Below, piece by piece: positions 38,616 to 49,082 of a DNA stretch of 64,000 nt. Both the position numbers and the translations under genes were made by a program. Under the pieces are notes generated by a model. It saw only the letters and a list, made by a program, of their open reading frames with translations. It did not search any database and was not told where the DNA came from. Position 1 is the stretch's first letter. Each line of letters begins with the position of its first letter. Origin of the DNA: an uncultured Alphaproteobacteria bacterium (GTDB lineage: Bacteria; Pseudomonadota; Alphaproteobacteria; Rhizobiales; Rhodomicrobiaceae); contig CAVSHC010000011.1 in the NCBI GenBank assembly GCA_963727795.1, positions 903 to 64,902 of the forward strand, written 5' to 3'.

Positions 38616-40650
38616 ATGAAGACCGGCGCCGCGCCGCCGCTGCTCCGTCCCCGGACCGTGTCGCAAGCCGCGGCGAAACCTCAGCATTACGACGACAAAT
38701 ACCGGCCCGATATTGACGGCCTGCGCGCTGCGGCGGTCATCGGGGTCATTCTGTTCCATTTTTTTGGCGATGTGCTGCCGTCGGGCTACCTCGGCGTCGA
38801 TGTCTTCTTCGTCATCTCGGGCTATGTCATCACGGCTTACCTGTTCAGGGCGCCCAAGGCATCCCGGACCGACTTTTTCATGACGTTTTATGCCCGCCGG
38901 ATCAAGCGGCTTCTGCCCGCTCTTCTCGTTTGCATCGCCGTCACAGCCTTGATCTTCGTGGCGACGACGACAAGACCCCCGCGCGAAGTCTTTACGACCG
39001 GCGCGCTGGCCTTGCTGGGGTTTTCGAATATATCGCTGCTGGCAATCAGCCATGATTATTTCGGCCTCGACGCGCATCTCAATCCGTTTACGCACACATG
39101 GTCGCTCGGGGTCGAAGAGCAGTTTTATATGATCTATCCCGCGATCTTCGCAACAGCTGGCTATTCGTGGGCGAGGCTTAGGCCGGAGTGGCGGCGTTTG
39201 CAGTTTTATCTTTTGCTGATCGCCGCCATATCCTTGCTGCTCTATCTGGCCTTGTCCGCGGTAAGCCCCGGCGCTGCTTTCTACCTGATGCCGGCGCGCT
39301 TCTGGGAACTCGGCGCCGGCGCGCTCATCTTCGTGGCGAGCAAAGGCCGGATGCCGCGCACGGGCTCCTCACTCGCTCCTTGGGCCGGCGCGTGTCTGCT
39401 TCTGGCCTGCTTCATGCTGCCTGCGAGCTGGCAGCCGTTCAACACGATCCTCGCTGTGGCAAGCGCGTCTCTTTTGATCGGCGCCTTGCAGCCTCATCAC
39501 GCCGTGTATCAGGCGCTCGCGTCGCCGCCAGTGGTCTTTATCGGCAAGATCTCCTATTCGCTCTACCTTTGGCACTGGAGCATGCTGGTGCTCGGCCGGT
39601 GGACCGTCGGCGACACCCTGGCGGCTTCCCTTGTGCTGCTGGCGCTAACGGTCCTGGCGGCGCTCGGGTCCTACTTTTTCATAGAAAAACCCTTGCGCTA
39701 TGCCGAGTGGGGGAGGTCCCCCCGCGCCACCATTGTGACTGGGTTTGCGGTTGTCATCCCTGTCTTTATCGCCGTCCTGCAGGTCCCGCGATTAGCGCTC
39801 AACACAAACAATAATTTGCCCGGCTTGTTTGGGGTTACTCCTCCGCCCGCCTGGGCGAATCTTCCATGCCACGGCAAGGCGGCGCTGGCCAAGCTGCAAA
39901 ATCCCTTGGAAACGTGCCTGTCCGCACAAAGGACTGCCGAAAAGCCGAACCTCCTGTTTCTTATCGGCGACTTCTCACGCGGCGGAGCTCACTTTCATGG
40001 CCGCGGCGGCGGCGAAAGACTTGCCGTTCTCCGTGCGGTTCATCAATCTTGAGGACGCACGGGACTTTCCTGCCGGGTTCATTGTGGGCGTGCGGGAGTC
40101 GAAGCTGCTCGACTTTCTGGCTGACAGGCTGATCCCTGGAGACGTGGTCGCCGTTGCGTTCCATCGCGGGCATTTCAATCGGCGCAGGGACAAGCACATC
40201 CCCCTTGGCGCCGCGGCGCCAACGGCGAACCCGAAGGCTGAGGCCTTCGTCAACGGCTTCAGGCCTTACATAGGGCGATGGGAGAAGCGCGGCGTCAAGG
40301 TCGTGCTGATCCACGATACGCCGCTCATGAACGCCGTGGCCACGAGTTCCGCCTGCTTCCTGCAGATCAAGCTCTTCGGCCACAGCATTTGCAGGGTGAG
40401 CGCGGCCCAGGATCTTCACACGAGGTCCGCGCAGGATCGAGCATTCGCAAGTCTGGCTGCTTCTTCAAGAAGCGTATTTCTCTGGGATCCCCTTCCTGCC
40501 ATCTATCGGGGCAATCCCACCCTCGACGTTGCCGACGGGGAGGGAAACTACATCATGCTGGATTGGAACCATATCACGGAATACCAATCGGTTATGCTCG
40601 CTCCCGTGTTTCAGGCCTTCTTGAAGGAGAGAGTTTTGAAGGCGGATTGA
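38616..40650 (+). CDS. OafA/YrhL-type acyltransferase_3 + SGNH/GDSL domain O-acyltransferase (one frameshift at ~39970)
   Basis: YRPDIDGLRA, GYLGVDVFFVISG, FYARRIKRL, HTWSLGVEEQFY. Removing one T restores IGDSHA and joins the 39829-40650 frame, which ends DWNHI. Confidence 0.88.
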
Positions 40651-40665
40651 CCCGGCGTTGCCAAA

Positions 40666-40778
40666 CGGCACAACCCCTCACCCCAGCCCTCTCCCGTTGG
40701 GAGAGGGAGTCCGGTCGCAGCCGTCGCCACGTCGTTCCCTCTCCCTGAGGGAGAGGGACAGGGTGAGGGGTTGTGCCG
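40666..40778. repeat. Repeat family B full palindromic doublet between convergent genes
   Basis: CGGCACAACCCCTCACCC ... GGGTGAGGGGTTGTGCCG enclosing two CCCTCTCCC/GGGAGAGGG hairpins. Confidence 0.8.
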
Positions 40779-40827
40779 TCGGTCAAGCGGGCGAACGTTG
40801 TTTAATTGCTGCGCCCGGCGGCCGGGC

Positions 40828-41805
40828 CTACACCTCAAGCACGATTTTTCCCATATGCGCGTTCGATTCCATGTATCGGTGGGCGCTGGCGGCTTCGGCG
40901 AGAGGGAAGGCCTTATCGATCACGATCCGGACCGATCCGCTTTCGATCAGCGGCCAAACCTTCGCCTGAAGCTCACGCGCGAGATGAGCTTTGAACTCCG
41001 GTTTTCGCGGGCGAAGCGTGGATCCTGTCAGCGTCAGGCGCTTCAGCATCAGCGGCATGAGGTCGAGTTGAACGCGCGCGCCCTTGAGGAAGGCGATCTG
41101 AACGATGCGGCCATCCTCGGCGGCGCAGGCGATGTCGTCCTGCACATAGGCCCCGCCCACCATGTCGAGGATCACATCCACGCCGCGGCCGCAGGTCGCC
41201 TCCTTGATTTCCTTGGCGAATGCTTGCGTCTTGTAGTTGATCGCGCGTTCGGCGCCCATGCTCTCGCAATAGGCGCATTTCTCGTCGCTGCCCGCGGTCG
41301 CGAAGACCCGCGCCCCGAAATGCGCGGCGAGTTGAATCGCCGCCGATCCGATGCCGCTCGATCCTCCGTGAACGAGAAAGCATTCGCCAGCCTTCAAGGC
41401 GCCGCGCTCGAAGACGTTGTGCCACACCGTCATGAAGGTCTCGGGGATGCAGGCCGATTCCGCCATGCCGAGGCCTTTCGGCGTCCTCATGCACGATCCT
41501 TCGTGAGCCAGAGCGTATTCGGCATAGCCGCCGCCCGCTGTCAGCGCCGTCACGCGATCGCCCACGCGCCATTGCGAGACGCCTTCGCCAAGTGCTGCGA
41601 CCTCGCCGGCGACCTCCAGGCCCGGAATGTTGGAAGCCCCGGGCGGCGGCGGGTAGAGGCCCATGCGCTGGAGCACATCGGGGCGGTTCACGCCTGCCGC
41701 CTCAACCTTGATCAAAACCTCCCGCGCGCGCGGCTCGGGCGCCGGAAGGTCTGCCAGCGTGAGGACTTCCGGTCCCCCCGGCTCGCGAATGACGATCGTC
41801 TTCAT
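40828..41805 (-). CDS. NAD(P)H:quinone oxidoreductase (zeta-crystallin/PIG3 family)
   Basis: GVNRPD, PGLEVAG, GGGYAEY, HGGSSGIG, GSTLRPR. Confidence 0.92.
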   Translation of the reverse strand: MKTIVIREPGGPEVLTLADLPAPEPRAREVLIKVEAAGVNRPDVLQRMGLYPPPPGASNIPGLEVAGEVAALGEGVSQWRVGDRVTALTAGGGYAEYALAHEGSCMRTPKGLGMAESACIPETFMTVWHNVFERGALKAGECFLVHGGSSGIGSAAIQLAAHFGARVFATAGSDEKCAYCESMGAERAINYKTQAFAKEIKEATCGRGVDVILDMVGGAYVQDDIACAAEDGRIVQIAFLKGARVQLDLMPLMLKRLTLTGSTLRPRKPEFKAHLARELQAKVWPLIESGSVRIVIDKAFPLAEAASAHRYMESNAHMGKIVLEV

Positions 41806-42017
41806 CAGGTTTTCCTCCGGCGCGGATCTTGCCTGGGCTCATCGCAAACTCAAACGCTCGTGGAGCGGATTTGACATTCAGGCATTTGCTTACGAGGGCG
41901 CTCCAAGCGGATGCGATTGCCTGAATCGACCACGAGGACCTTTACCGCGAATTAAGAGCCTTGTGCCAATATTCTTAAACGTAAGCTGGGTCCACCCGGA
42001 ACACTCAAAACTTTTTT

Positions 42018-42046
42018 AGCCGCGTCCTTGATGCGGCTTTTTTTTT
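42018..42046 (+). terminator. Intrinsic terminator with no annotated + strand gene upstream
   Basis: AGCCGCGT-CCTTG-ATGCGGCT followed by a T-run of ~9 nt. Confidence 0.6.
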
Positions 42047-42181
42047 GGCTAAGGTTCCAGAAGCCGAGCGCTTTGCTCTTCACTCTTCACTTTTTGAAAG
42101 GCAGTTGCTGCTAGGCTTTTGATTAATTGGTTCCGGCGTTTAGTTCTTGGGGCCGGTCCGTAATGCGTATGGCGGAATAGC

Positions 42182-42712
42182 ATGAAGAGCACCTGCGTCT
42201 CAGAGAAGAATTATCCCAATGCAGCTCTCTTGTCGTTTGGGGATCGTTTCACAACGTCGCCGCAGTTTATGAAGCTCTTTCGCGAGGGCATGGACCTCGT
42301 GGAGGAAACAGCCGAATATCTCGACGGCGCAGGGAGAGCTGAGTCCAAGGCGCTTACGCCGCCTGCAAGCCTCGCCTATGCCTCCGAAAGCATCAGGCTG
42401 ACGACCCGCCTTACGCAACTCGCCTCCTGGCTGCTTGTCCGCCGCGCAATCGCGATGGGGGAGATCTCGGCCGCGCAAGCCCATACCCACCGGCACCGGG
42501 TCACTCTATCGGCGCAAAGCGCTCAGCGCCCCGATGGGTTCAATGATCTGCCGGAGACATTCAGGAGGCTTATTTCCGAAAGCCATCGCCTGCACGACCG
42601 GGTTCTCAGGCTTGAGCGTGTTTTCAACGACGGCGTAACCGCGGCGAACGAACCCCCTTCGCCGATCAATGGCCAGATCGAACGCATCAGGCTCGCGTTT
42701 CCCGCCGCTTAG
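42182..42712 (+). CDS. rcdA: Regulator of CtrA degradation RcdA (DUF1465)
   Basis: LFREGMDLVEETAEYLDGAGR, YASESIRLTTRLTQLASWLL. Confidence 0.9.
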   Translation: MKSTCVSEKNYPNAALLSFGDRFTTSPQFMKLFREGMDLVEETAEYLDGAGRAESKALTPPASLAYASESIRLTTRLTQLASWLLVRRAIAMGEISAAQAHTHRHRVTLSAQSAQRPDGFNDLPETFRRLISESHRLHDRVLRLERVFNDGVTAANEPPSPINGQIERIRLAFPAA

Positions 42713-42777
42713 AGTGCGTCCGGAAAGGTGCGAAGCGGCTTTCCGATCAGACGCACGATAAAACGAGGGGCTTGAGC
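42710..42777 (+). repeat. Repeat family C copy starting at the rcdA TAG stop
   Basis: TAGAGTGCGTCCGGAAAGGTGCGAAGCGGCTTTCCGATCAGACGCACGATAAAAC. Confidence 0.75.
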
Positions 42778-42792
42778 GGGAGCCGCCGCAGT

Positions 42793-42975
42793 TCATTTTT
42801 TGAAAAATGCGCTCGCAGCGTCCTTGTGGGCGTCCTTTTGCCTGATCACCGCCTCCGCGCGCGCGACCTCCGATTTCAGAAGATCGATGTAAAGACGCAA
42901 ATCCGCGACCGAATAGACCGTGAGGTCTTTTAGCTTCGATGGCTGCTTTCGCGGCTCAAGATCGTCGATGTCCAT
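42793..42975 (-). CDS. DUF1192 family protein
   Basis: DLTVYSVADLRLYIDLLKSEVARAE...AASAFFK. Usual neighbour of rcdA. Confidence 0.85.
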   Translation of the reverse strand: MDIDDLEPRKQPSKLKDLTVYSVADLRLYIDLLKSEVARAEAVIRQKDAHKDAASAFFKK

Positions 42976-43103
42976 GCTTCTCTCTCAGCTTTGAAACCGT
43001 GGCCGAGGGCGCAGATTAGCGCGAAGCGGGCTGAATCGCATCCAGCAAGTCGGCGGCGCGCTGGCAAATTAGGAGACAAAGGGACACAAGCAAAAACAAG
43101 AAG

Positions 43104-43313
43104 CTCGTGTGGCTTATGTCTCGCAATTGCCTATAAGAGCCCGCCGCAAAGGATGCAGGCAATTGCGAGACGCCACACTAACAGGATGCTGAAAAAGCCG
43201 GAAATCCATGCTCCATCCTTCGACAAGCTCAGGATGAGGTCGAGCAATATCAACAGTTTAGACCTCATGGCGAGCTTGTCGAACCATGGGCCGCATGGTT
43301 TTTCAGCGTCCTG
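43104..43313. repeat. Tandem composite: family D copy 2 (43104-43181) plus family A copy 3 (43182-43313) at the edge of the photosynthesis cluster
   Basis: GTCTCGCAATTGCC...GGCAATTGCGAGAC followed directly by CAGGATGCTGAAAAA...TTTTTCAGCGTCCTG, then the puhE stop. Confidence 0.8.
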
Positions 43314-44198
43314 CTAGATATCCTGAGCGGCGGCCACCGGAACGCGGGCAGGGGCGGGATTTGGGGCATCAAGAAGACTGGGATGGAGATTGGGCTGGAG
43401 ATTGGCGTGGAACTCCTCGTGCTCGGGGCCGCTCAGCGCCTTCCTTGCCTTGACGCTCCAATTCCAAAGCGCCTCGGCCGGTATCGGCAAGACCAGGAAC
43501 CAGTGCTCCAGTATGCCCAGGGCGAGGATCACGATGTAGAAGGTGAACGCCAGAAGCTCGAACGGGTCATGCTGGATTTCAATGGCTTTGTGCACAAGAA
43601 CCGCTATGGCCACGGTCGAGACCGTGATCGACACCGGGAACAACAGGTTCATCGGCCTTTTTTTGAGGAAGCTCGACAGGTACCGCAGATGCTCGGGAAA
43701 GAAGTGATCGTTCAAATTCCTCACGCCCAGCACCGCGTTGATCTTGGCGCTTGAGTGCATCAGCCAGATGATCGTGTAGGTCCAGGAGCCGATGTGGTTT
43801 TTTCCGTGCATTGTCGAGAAACATATCACGACGCCAAGCAGAGCCGCGGTGATCTCGTGATACATGCTCGTCTCGACGGCGTGCCAGAAATGCGCCGATC
43901 CTTTGCAGGAGGCCGGGCAGGGCGTTTTGCGCGGCCCCGTGATGAGGCCGGTGTAAAAGGTGAACTGCGTCCAGGCCCACGCCAGGAGACCAAAAGTGAA
44001 GCTCAGATAAGCCGAGAAGAGACTGTCGCTTTGGCTGGTTACACTGAGGCCGTAGATCGACGCGACGAGCACGAACGTCGCGCCGAGGAAACTCCATTTA
44101 TAAGTGTATTGGGGCAAATTGTTGAGGTAGATGACGGCTCCCGTGCTGAACCACCATATGAAAAGAACGAACAGTACCGGGAGCCCAAATGTAATCAC
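43314..44198 (-). CDS. puhE: Photosynthetic complex assembly protein PuhE
   Basis: WWFSTG, GLITGPR, SAKINAVLGVRN, LEHWFLVLP. Located downstream of acsF. Confidence 0.88.
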   Translation of the reverse strand: MITFGLPVLFVLFIWWFSTGAVIYLNNLPQYTYKWSFLGATFVLVASIYGLSVTSQSDSLFSAYLSFTFGLLAWAWTQFTFYTGLITGPRKTPCPASCKGSAHFWHAVETSMYHEITAALLGVVICFSTMHGKNHIGSWTYTIIWLMHSSAKINAVLGVRNLNDHFFPEHLRYLSSFLKKRPMNLLFPVSITVSTVAIAVLVHKAIEIQHDPFELLAFTFYIVILALGILEHWFLVLPIPAEALWNWSVKARKALSGPEHEEFHANLQPNLHPSLLDAPNPAPARVPVAAAQDI

Positions 44199-44205
44199 CT
44201 AATCC

Positions 44206-45276
44206 TCACCATGCTGGAGCCAACCGTATCCGCTTTGGCAGCTCATTGCGCGCGGCGGGCAGCATGTAGAGCCGTGCGAATGTTACAGCCGCCGCAGCGG
44301 AATAGCCAACATTCTTGAAGAAGCCCAAAATCCCGCCTTGCGTCTTGGCCGCCTCGCGGGCCGCGGAGATCTGGTTAATGCGGTCCAGGCCCCGATGGAA
44401 GGCGGGATTGTCGAGATCGAGCTGCAGCGGGAAGACCTGCTGCGAAATCTGACTTGTGATGCGGAAGACCTTGAAGTCGTAGTCGGTCGGGTCCATCGCC
44501 AGCGCCTTGTGGAAGGCCGGACGGGAGTGATCGCGGATATACATCGTCGCAAAAACCGCGAGCACGAAGAATTTGACCCAGAATTTGTTGAGACCGCTCA
44601 GAAGGCGCGGGTTGGCCCGCATCAAAAGCGCGAACGCCTCGCCGTGGCGGAACTCGTCGTTGCACCAGTTCTCAAACCACTTGAATATCGGGTGGAATCT
44701 CAGTTCCGGGTGCTTTTCGAACTGGCGATAAATAGTGATGTAGCGCGCGTAGCCGATCTTCTCGGAGAGATAAGTGGCGTAATAGATGAATTTCGGCTGG
44801 AAGAACGTGTACTTCTTCGCTTTTGTCAGGAAGCCGAGATCGACGCCAATACCGAAGTCCTTGAGCGTTTCGTTGATAAAACCCGCGTGGCGCGCCTCGT
44901 CTCGCGCCATGAGCCCGAAAAGCTCCTTCATATCTGGATTTTTAGCTCTCTTCTTCATTTCGGCGTATAGCACGCACCCCGAAAATTCGGCGGTAACCGA
45001 ACTAATCAGGAAATCTTCGAATTCCTTTCTTAGTTCCTCGGGTAACGCAGACATGTCGGTGTCGAACTCTTCGTTCCGGATGAAGTGACTCCTGTTCGGG
45101 TCGCTTTTCATCTCCGCGATGAGACCGTCCCATTCCTCGCGAACGGGGGTGACGTCGATGCTGTCGATCTCATCGAAATTGGTCGTATAGAAGCGCGGTG
45201 TCAGAATGGTGTCTTTTTGCGCCAAGCGCGTAGAGTCGTTCACCGCCTCGGCTTTTTGTGCTGCTGCCTCGGTCAT
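44206..45276 (-). CDS. acsF: Aerobic Mg-protoporphyrin IX monomethyl ester cyclase
   Basis: [46 protein letters not shown] (di-iron ExxH motifs). Confidence 0.96.
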   Translation of the reverse strand: MTEAAAQKAEAVNDSTRLAQKDTILTPRFYTTNFDEIDSIDVTPVREEWDGLIAEMKSDPNRSHFIRNEEFDTDMSALPEELRKEFEDFLISSVTAEFSGCVLYAEMKKRAKNPDMKELFGLMARDEARHAGFINETLKDFGIGVDLGFLTKAKKYTFFQPKFIYYATYLSEKIGYARYITIYRQFEKHPELRFHPIFKWFENWCNDEFRHGEAFALLMRANPRLLSGLNKFWVKFFVLAVFATMYIRDHSRPAFHKALAMDPTDYDFKVFRITSQISQQVFPLQLDLDNPAFHRGLDRINQISAAREAAKTQGGILGFFKNVGYSAAAAVTFARLYMLPAARNELPKRIRLAPAW

Positions 45277-45590
45277 AGTTTCCTCCTGGGGGTAAAACTG
45301 ACTTCGTAGAGGTCCGTGAGTTCGAATCCGGCGTGGAGACGCGTTGTCATCCTGCCGAGCCAGTTTGCGCGCTTCACAGTCGCCTGGCGCCTCTCGATGA
45401 TTTTTTCGCCGAACGCGGGCTGGATGGGTTCGCCATGAACGATGATCTCATCTCCTGGCCCGATGTCGATGTCCCCGTCGAGTTCCACATAGGCATGCAA
45501 GCTATCTGCCGTGTGCTCCACCTCGACGGTGCAAGGCACCTCGAAGATTTCGCGGCGCCCCAGCCAATCGCTAAGCGAGCGTGATGTCAT
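45273..45590 (-). CDS. Conserved photosynthesis-cluster small protein between puhC and acsF
   Basis: [22 protein letters not shown]...PGDEIIVHG...LYEVSF, with ATGA overlaps on both sides. Confidence 0.8.
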   Translation of the reverse strand: MTSRSLSDWLGRREIFEVPCTVEVEHTADSLHAYVELDGDIDIGPGDEIIVHGEPIQPAFGEKIIERRQATVKRANWLGRMTTRLHAGFELTDLYEVSFTPRRKL

Positions 45591-46033
45591 TGCGCCTTGC
45601 CTGCAGTGGGCAGCAGTTGAGCAAACGTCTTGGCGTTCGTTGGGCCATAGGCGGCGAGTTCGAGCACGTCGCCAGTGGCGGGATCGGAAAGAGAGAGTTT
45701 GCCGTCGCTCCACAAGGTGAGGACGAAGGGGGCTTCCGGGCCTGCGTGGCTGCGGCGTTCACGGCTCCGCGCCATGAGGCGCAGCGCGGAGGCCATGAAT
45801 GTGTTGTTTTCGCGGGGAAGCACAACGAAGGGCTCGCGAGCGCCTTCGTCATAAACGGCAATGCCGCCCCCGGGAGCATCCCGGAACATCATTGGCCGAG
45901 AAACGACGGCTGTGCGCTTCGGGGAAAGATCGACCGTTTGAGTTCCCAGGAAATTTATTGCAATCACAAGCGAGAGTATCGCTAGGATCGCCGCCGCCGC
46001 AAGCAGCGCTGGTTTATTGACACCTTGTATCAT
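45587..46033 (-). CDS. puhC: Photosynthetic complex assembly protein PuhC
   Basis: N-terminal TM, FRDAPGGGIAV, LSDPATG...LAAYGPTN. Confidence 0.88.
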   Translation of the reverse strand: MIQGVNKPALLAAAAILAILSLVIAINFLGTQTVDLSPKRTAVVSRPMMFRDAPGGGIAVYDEGAREPFVVLPRENNTFMASALRLMARSRERRSHAGPEAPFVLTLWSDGKLSLSDPATGDVLELAAYGPTNAKTFAQLLPTAGKAQ

Positions 46034-46052
46034 TATGGGGGCGCTTCTGATC

Positions 46053-46739
46053 CTAAGCGGCTTCAGCAGCGTGCTGGCCGACGCCGGACTCTTTCTTATC
46101 GTCAGTTTGGGAGGCCGCTGCGCTTGCTTCCTGCGAGCCGGAAGTTAAGGCTTCCTCGCTCTTGACAAAGGGCGCCAGCGCAGTCTTGAGAGCTTCAGCC
46201 GCCTCCTGGGAATCGGGAAGAGCGCGCAGCATAGGTTCCGGCAAGGTAAACCGCCAGGGCCGTGCGTGGGGCCAAAGAATGAGATAAGCGATCTTATCCG
46301 GCCCTTTCAGGGCAAGCGCCAGATCGCCGGTTCCGTTGGCGTGCATCCTGAGCCCGACCGACTTGATGATCCGGAGCGGGACGTTGACCGCCTTGGTGAA
46401 GGCTATGCCGTAACGAAGCACAACGCGGCGCGTGGTGATGGTGTAGATGGTCGTCCTGGCGCAGAGATAGGCGAAGGTCATCGCGATCGTCACGACGATG
46501 CCGAGCAACGCCATATACCATGTATCGATCTCCAGCGCCTCACTCAGCGGCTTATTATCCGAGAGCCTGGAGAAGACCACCCAGGCCATCAGCATTACGA
46601 AGTAGAGCGTGATGAACCGGACATGGCAAAGATGAACTGCGAGGGATCGCCAGTTTGGCGACCCCTGCCACAGAATCCTCTCGTCTTCGGAAGGCCGGAA
46701 CGGGAGGCCCCGGACCGGCTCGAAGTCGTATTCACTCAT
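46053..46739 (-). CDS. puhB: Photosynthetic complex assembly protein PuhB
   Basis: EPVRGLP...ERILWQGSP, YTITTRRV, GTGD, LWPHARPW, EPMLR. Confidence 0.92.
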   Translation of the reverse strand: MSEYDFEPVRGLPFRPSEDERILWQGSPNWRSLAVHLCHVRFITLYFVMLMAWVVFSRLSDNKPLSEALEIDTWYMALLGIVVTIAMTFAYLCARTTIYTITTRRVVLRYGIAFTKAVNVPLRIIKSVGLRMHANGTGDLALALKGPDKIAYLILWPHARPWRFTLPEPMLRALPDSQEAAEALKTALAPFVKSEEALTSGSQEASAAASQTDDKKESGVGQHAAEAA

Positions 46740-47513
46740 ATAAGGGGCTCCTGACGGGACGGCTCGGCATACAGAATGCCACCGCCATAATAGGCCACCA
46801 CCTTATCTTCCTCAAGCAGCGTAATGCGGTCGGGGTTCGACAATGTCGGAGCCGCGGCGAACTGGCTTCCGAGGATCGATTCGACCTTCACGCGGCCCTT
46901 GCCCTGGTCGACCTTGGCGAAGCAGATCGGCAGGAGGACGCGCTTGCCGCCCTTAACTTCAACTTCGAGATAGCGGATGAGAACTTCCGAACGGTCGACC
47001 CAAACGTCGCGGACCGTGCCGCCAACCGCGCCGTCGGCGCCGATGACCGTAAAGCCGCGAGGATCGCGATCGTGCTCGTCGATGCTGAATTCGTTGGCGA
47101 CGCGCAAAGGAACAATCCGCGTGATGCCTTCAACCGTGAGGTCCGGCGTATTGGATCTCCAGAACCCAGGAACCGGGGCCGACGCCGTCCAGCATGGGAT
47201 TGCCTGTCGGGATCAAGGGCGAACCGCCGAAGGGGCTTGAAGGAACCGCTTTGATGGGGCGCTCTTTTTGAGATAGGGGCACAGACTGGGGAGAGGTTGA
47301 GGTGCCGCCGTGATAAAGCCGGAATATCTTCTTATCCGGGAGCATGAACCAGCCCGGGGTTTCTCTGCCGCCGCGGGGCTCGGAAACCAACGGATACCCT
47401 TCGCGCCGGTCTTCGCGCCGCAGGTAGATGATGAGGATCGCGAAGAAAATCCAGAACGCGTAAAGCACGACCTGAGCGACGTCGAGGTGAGTTGTTAAGG
47501 CGCCAACTGGCAT
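46736..47513 (-). CDS. puhA: Photosynthetic reaction centre H subunit (one-base insertion at ~47160)
   Basis: DVAQVVLYAFWIFFAILIIYLRREDRREGYP, GNPMLDGVGPGSW. Removing one G continues RSNTPDLTVEGITRIVPLRV into the 46736-47107 frame (DPRG, ITLLEEDK). Confidence 0.93.
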
Positions 47514-47534
47514 TTATATACCTCCAAAGTTTTA

Positions 47535-49082
47535 TTAACCTGGAAAATCGGCAAGGCCGAGCTGGGCTGGCGTTTGCCTGGATGCATCACCCGCCGTCCG
47601 CACCAGGGGGCCGATGGCCGCGAGCGTAGCGAACAACAGAGCAATTTCGACATGATAGACAATGAGGTAACTGGTGTCTGCTCTCATAAGCGCCGTACCG
47701 AGGCCTCCCTGCGCCGCAAGGTCTGCCATAACGTCGCGGAGGGCGCCTCCCAGCGCGATGCCGCCGCCCGTGGCTGACGCGCCGACGGCGCCCCAGGCTC
47801 CGAGAGCCAAGCCAGCTTGCGCGCTTTTTGCGAGTTTCATTGCAGCGGTCAAGGTGCCGGCTGCGAAAAAGCCGCTTCCGAACCCGAGCGCAAACACGCC
47901 AATCTCGAAAAGGATCGGTTCTCCCAAGGGGGCCGAGAATACAAAAGCCGTCAACGCCGCGAGGCCCACCAGGACGCCATAGGCGGCGATCCGGTAAGGG
48001 TCTGCGCCAGAATCGAGCGTGCGAGCCGCGAACGCGAGCGAAATAAGCGCTCCGGCCGCGAAGAGGGCTGTCAAGGCGGTTGTCTGCGAGACCGTCATGT
48101 GCAGCACTTGGCCGCCATAAGGCTCGATCAGAATGTCCTGCATGCTGAAGGCGATCGTGCCCAGGCCAAGCGCGACGAAGATTCTTCTCCATGGACCGCC
48201 GGCCATGAAAGCGCGCCAGGAGGCGGAGAAATCCGGTTTCGGCTCGGCTTCGACAACGCTCCTAGGACGCCGCGGCTCCTGTTTCCAGAGCGCAATGAGG
48301 TTGAACGCCATCGTCGCAAGGGCGGTGCCTTGAATGACTTCGATGAGGCGGAGTTGGCTGAAGTTGTAAAGCAGGCGGCCGAGCACAACTGCGCTCACAG
48401 TCATGCCAAGCAGCAGCATCACATAAAGGAAGGCGACCACGCGGGGCCGTTTGTCTTCCGGAGCAAGATCGGTGGCGAGCGCCAAGCCCGCTGTCTGCGT
48501 CGTATGCAGCCCCGCGCCGACAAGCAGGAAGGCCAAGGCGGCCGCGATCTTGCCGAGGATCGGCGGGCCGTGAGAGTCGCCGGAGAGAAGGATGAGCGCG
48601 AAGGGCATGATCGCCAGACCGCCAAACTGGAGAAGCGTGCCGAACCAGATGTAAGGAACGCGCTTCCAGCCGAGCAGGGAGCGATGCGTATCGGACTTGA
48701 ATCCCAGAAGCGCCCTGAACGGCGCAAAAACGAGCGGCAGCGCGATCATCAAGGCGACCAGCCAGGCCGGCACCGCGAGATCGAGGATCATGATGCGGTT
48801 CAGCGTGCCGTTGACGAGCACGAGCGCCATGCCGACCGTGACTTGGAAGAGAGAGAGGCGCAGGAGCCGATGGAGCGGCAGCTGAGGGGTCGCAGCGTCC
48901 GCGAAGGGGAGAAATTGAGGGCCAAGCTTCTGCAGGACCGCGCGAAACGGCGATACTGGCGGGGGGTTTTGTGGTTTCTTTGCCTGGAGACGCATGGGCG
49001 CGGCGCCAACTTCTCTCTCGTCCGAATGAGCGGCGAGAGAGTTGACTTTTTCCGCTTCCCTATGGTCCCACAGGTCTGTCAT
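47535..49082 (-). CDS. lhaA: LH1 assembly factor LhaA (PucC-family MFS)
   Basis: LPFADAA, LLRLSLFQV, GTLNRIM, APFRAL.GFKSD, LALATD, EPYGG. Start uncertain (49082 is coupled to the bchM stop; 48995 is the alternative). Confidence 0.9.
   Translation of the reverse strand: MTDLWDHREAEKVNSLAAHSDEREVGAAPMRLQAKKPQNPPPVSPFRAVLQKLGPQFLPFADAATPQLPLHRLLRLSLFQVTVGMALVLVNGTLNRIMILDLAVPAWLVALMIALPLVFAPFRALLGFKSDTHRSLLGWKRVPYIWFGTLLQFGGLAIMPFALILLSGDSHGPPILGKIAAALAFLLVGAGLHTTQTAGLALATDLAPEDKRPRVVAFLYVMLLLGMTVSAVVLGRLLYNFSQLRLIEVIQGTALATMAFNLIALWKQEPRRPRSVVEAEPKPDFSASWRAFMAGGPWRRIFVALGLGTIAFSMQDILIEPYGGQVLHMTVSQTTALTALFAAGALISLAFAARTLDSGADPYRIAAYGVLVGLAALTAFVFSAPLGEPILFEIGVFALGFGSGFFAAGTLTAAMKLAKSAQAGLALGAWGAVGASATGGGIALGGALRDVMADLAAQGGLGTALMRADTSYLIVYHVEIALLFATLAAIGPLVRTAGDASRQTPAQLGLADFPG

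Noticed and set aside
12400-43313. Dispersed palindromic repeats as a CRISPR array
   Set aside because: The copies are scattered rather than regularly spaced with unique spacers, and no cas genes are present.
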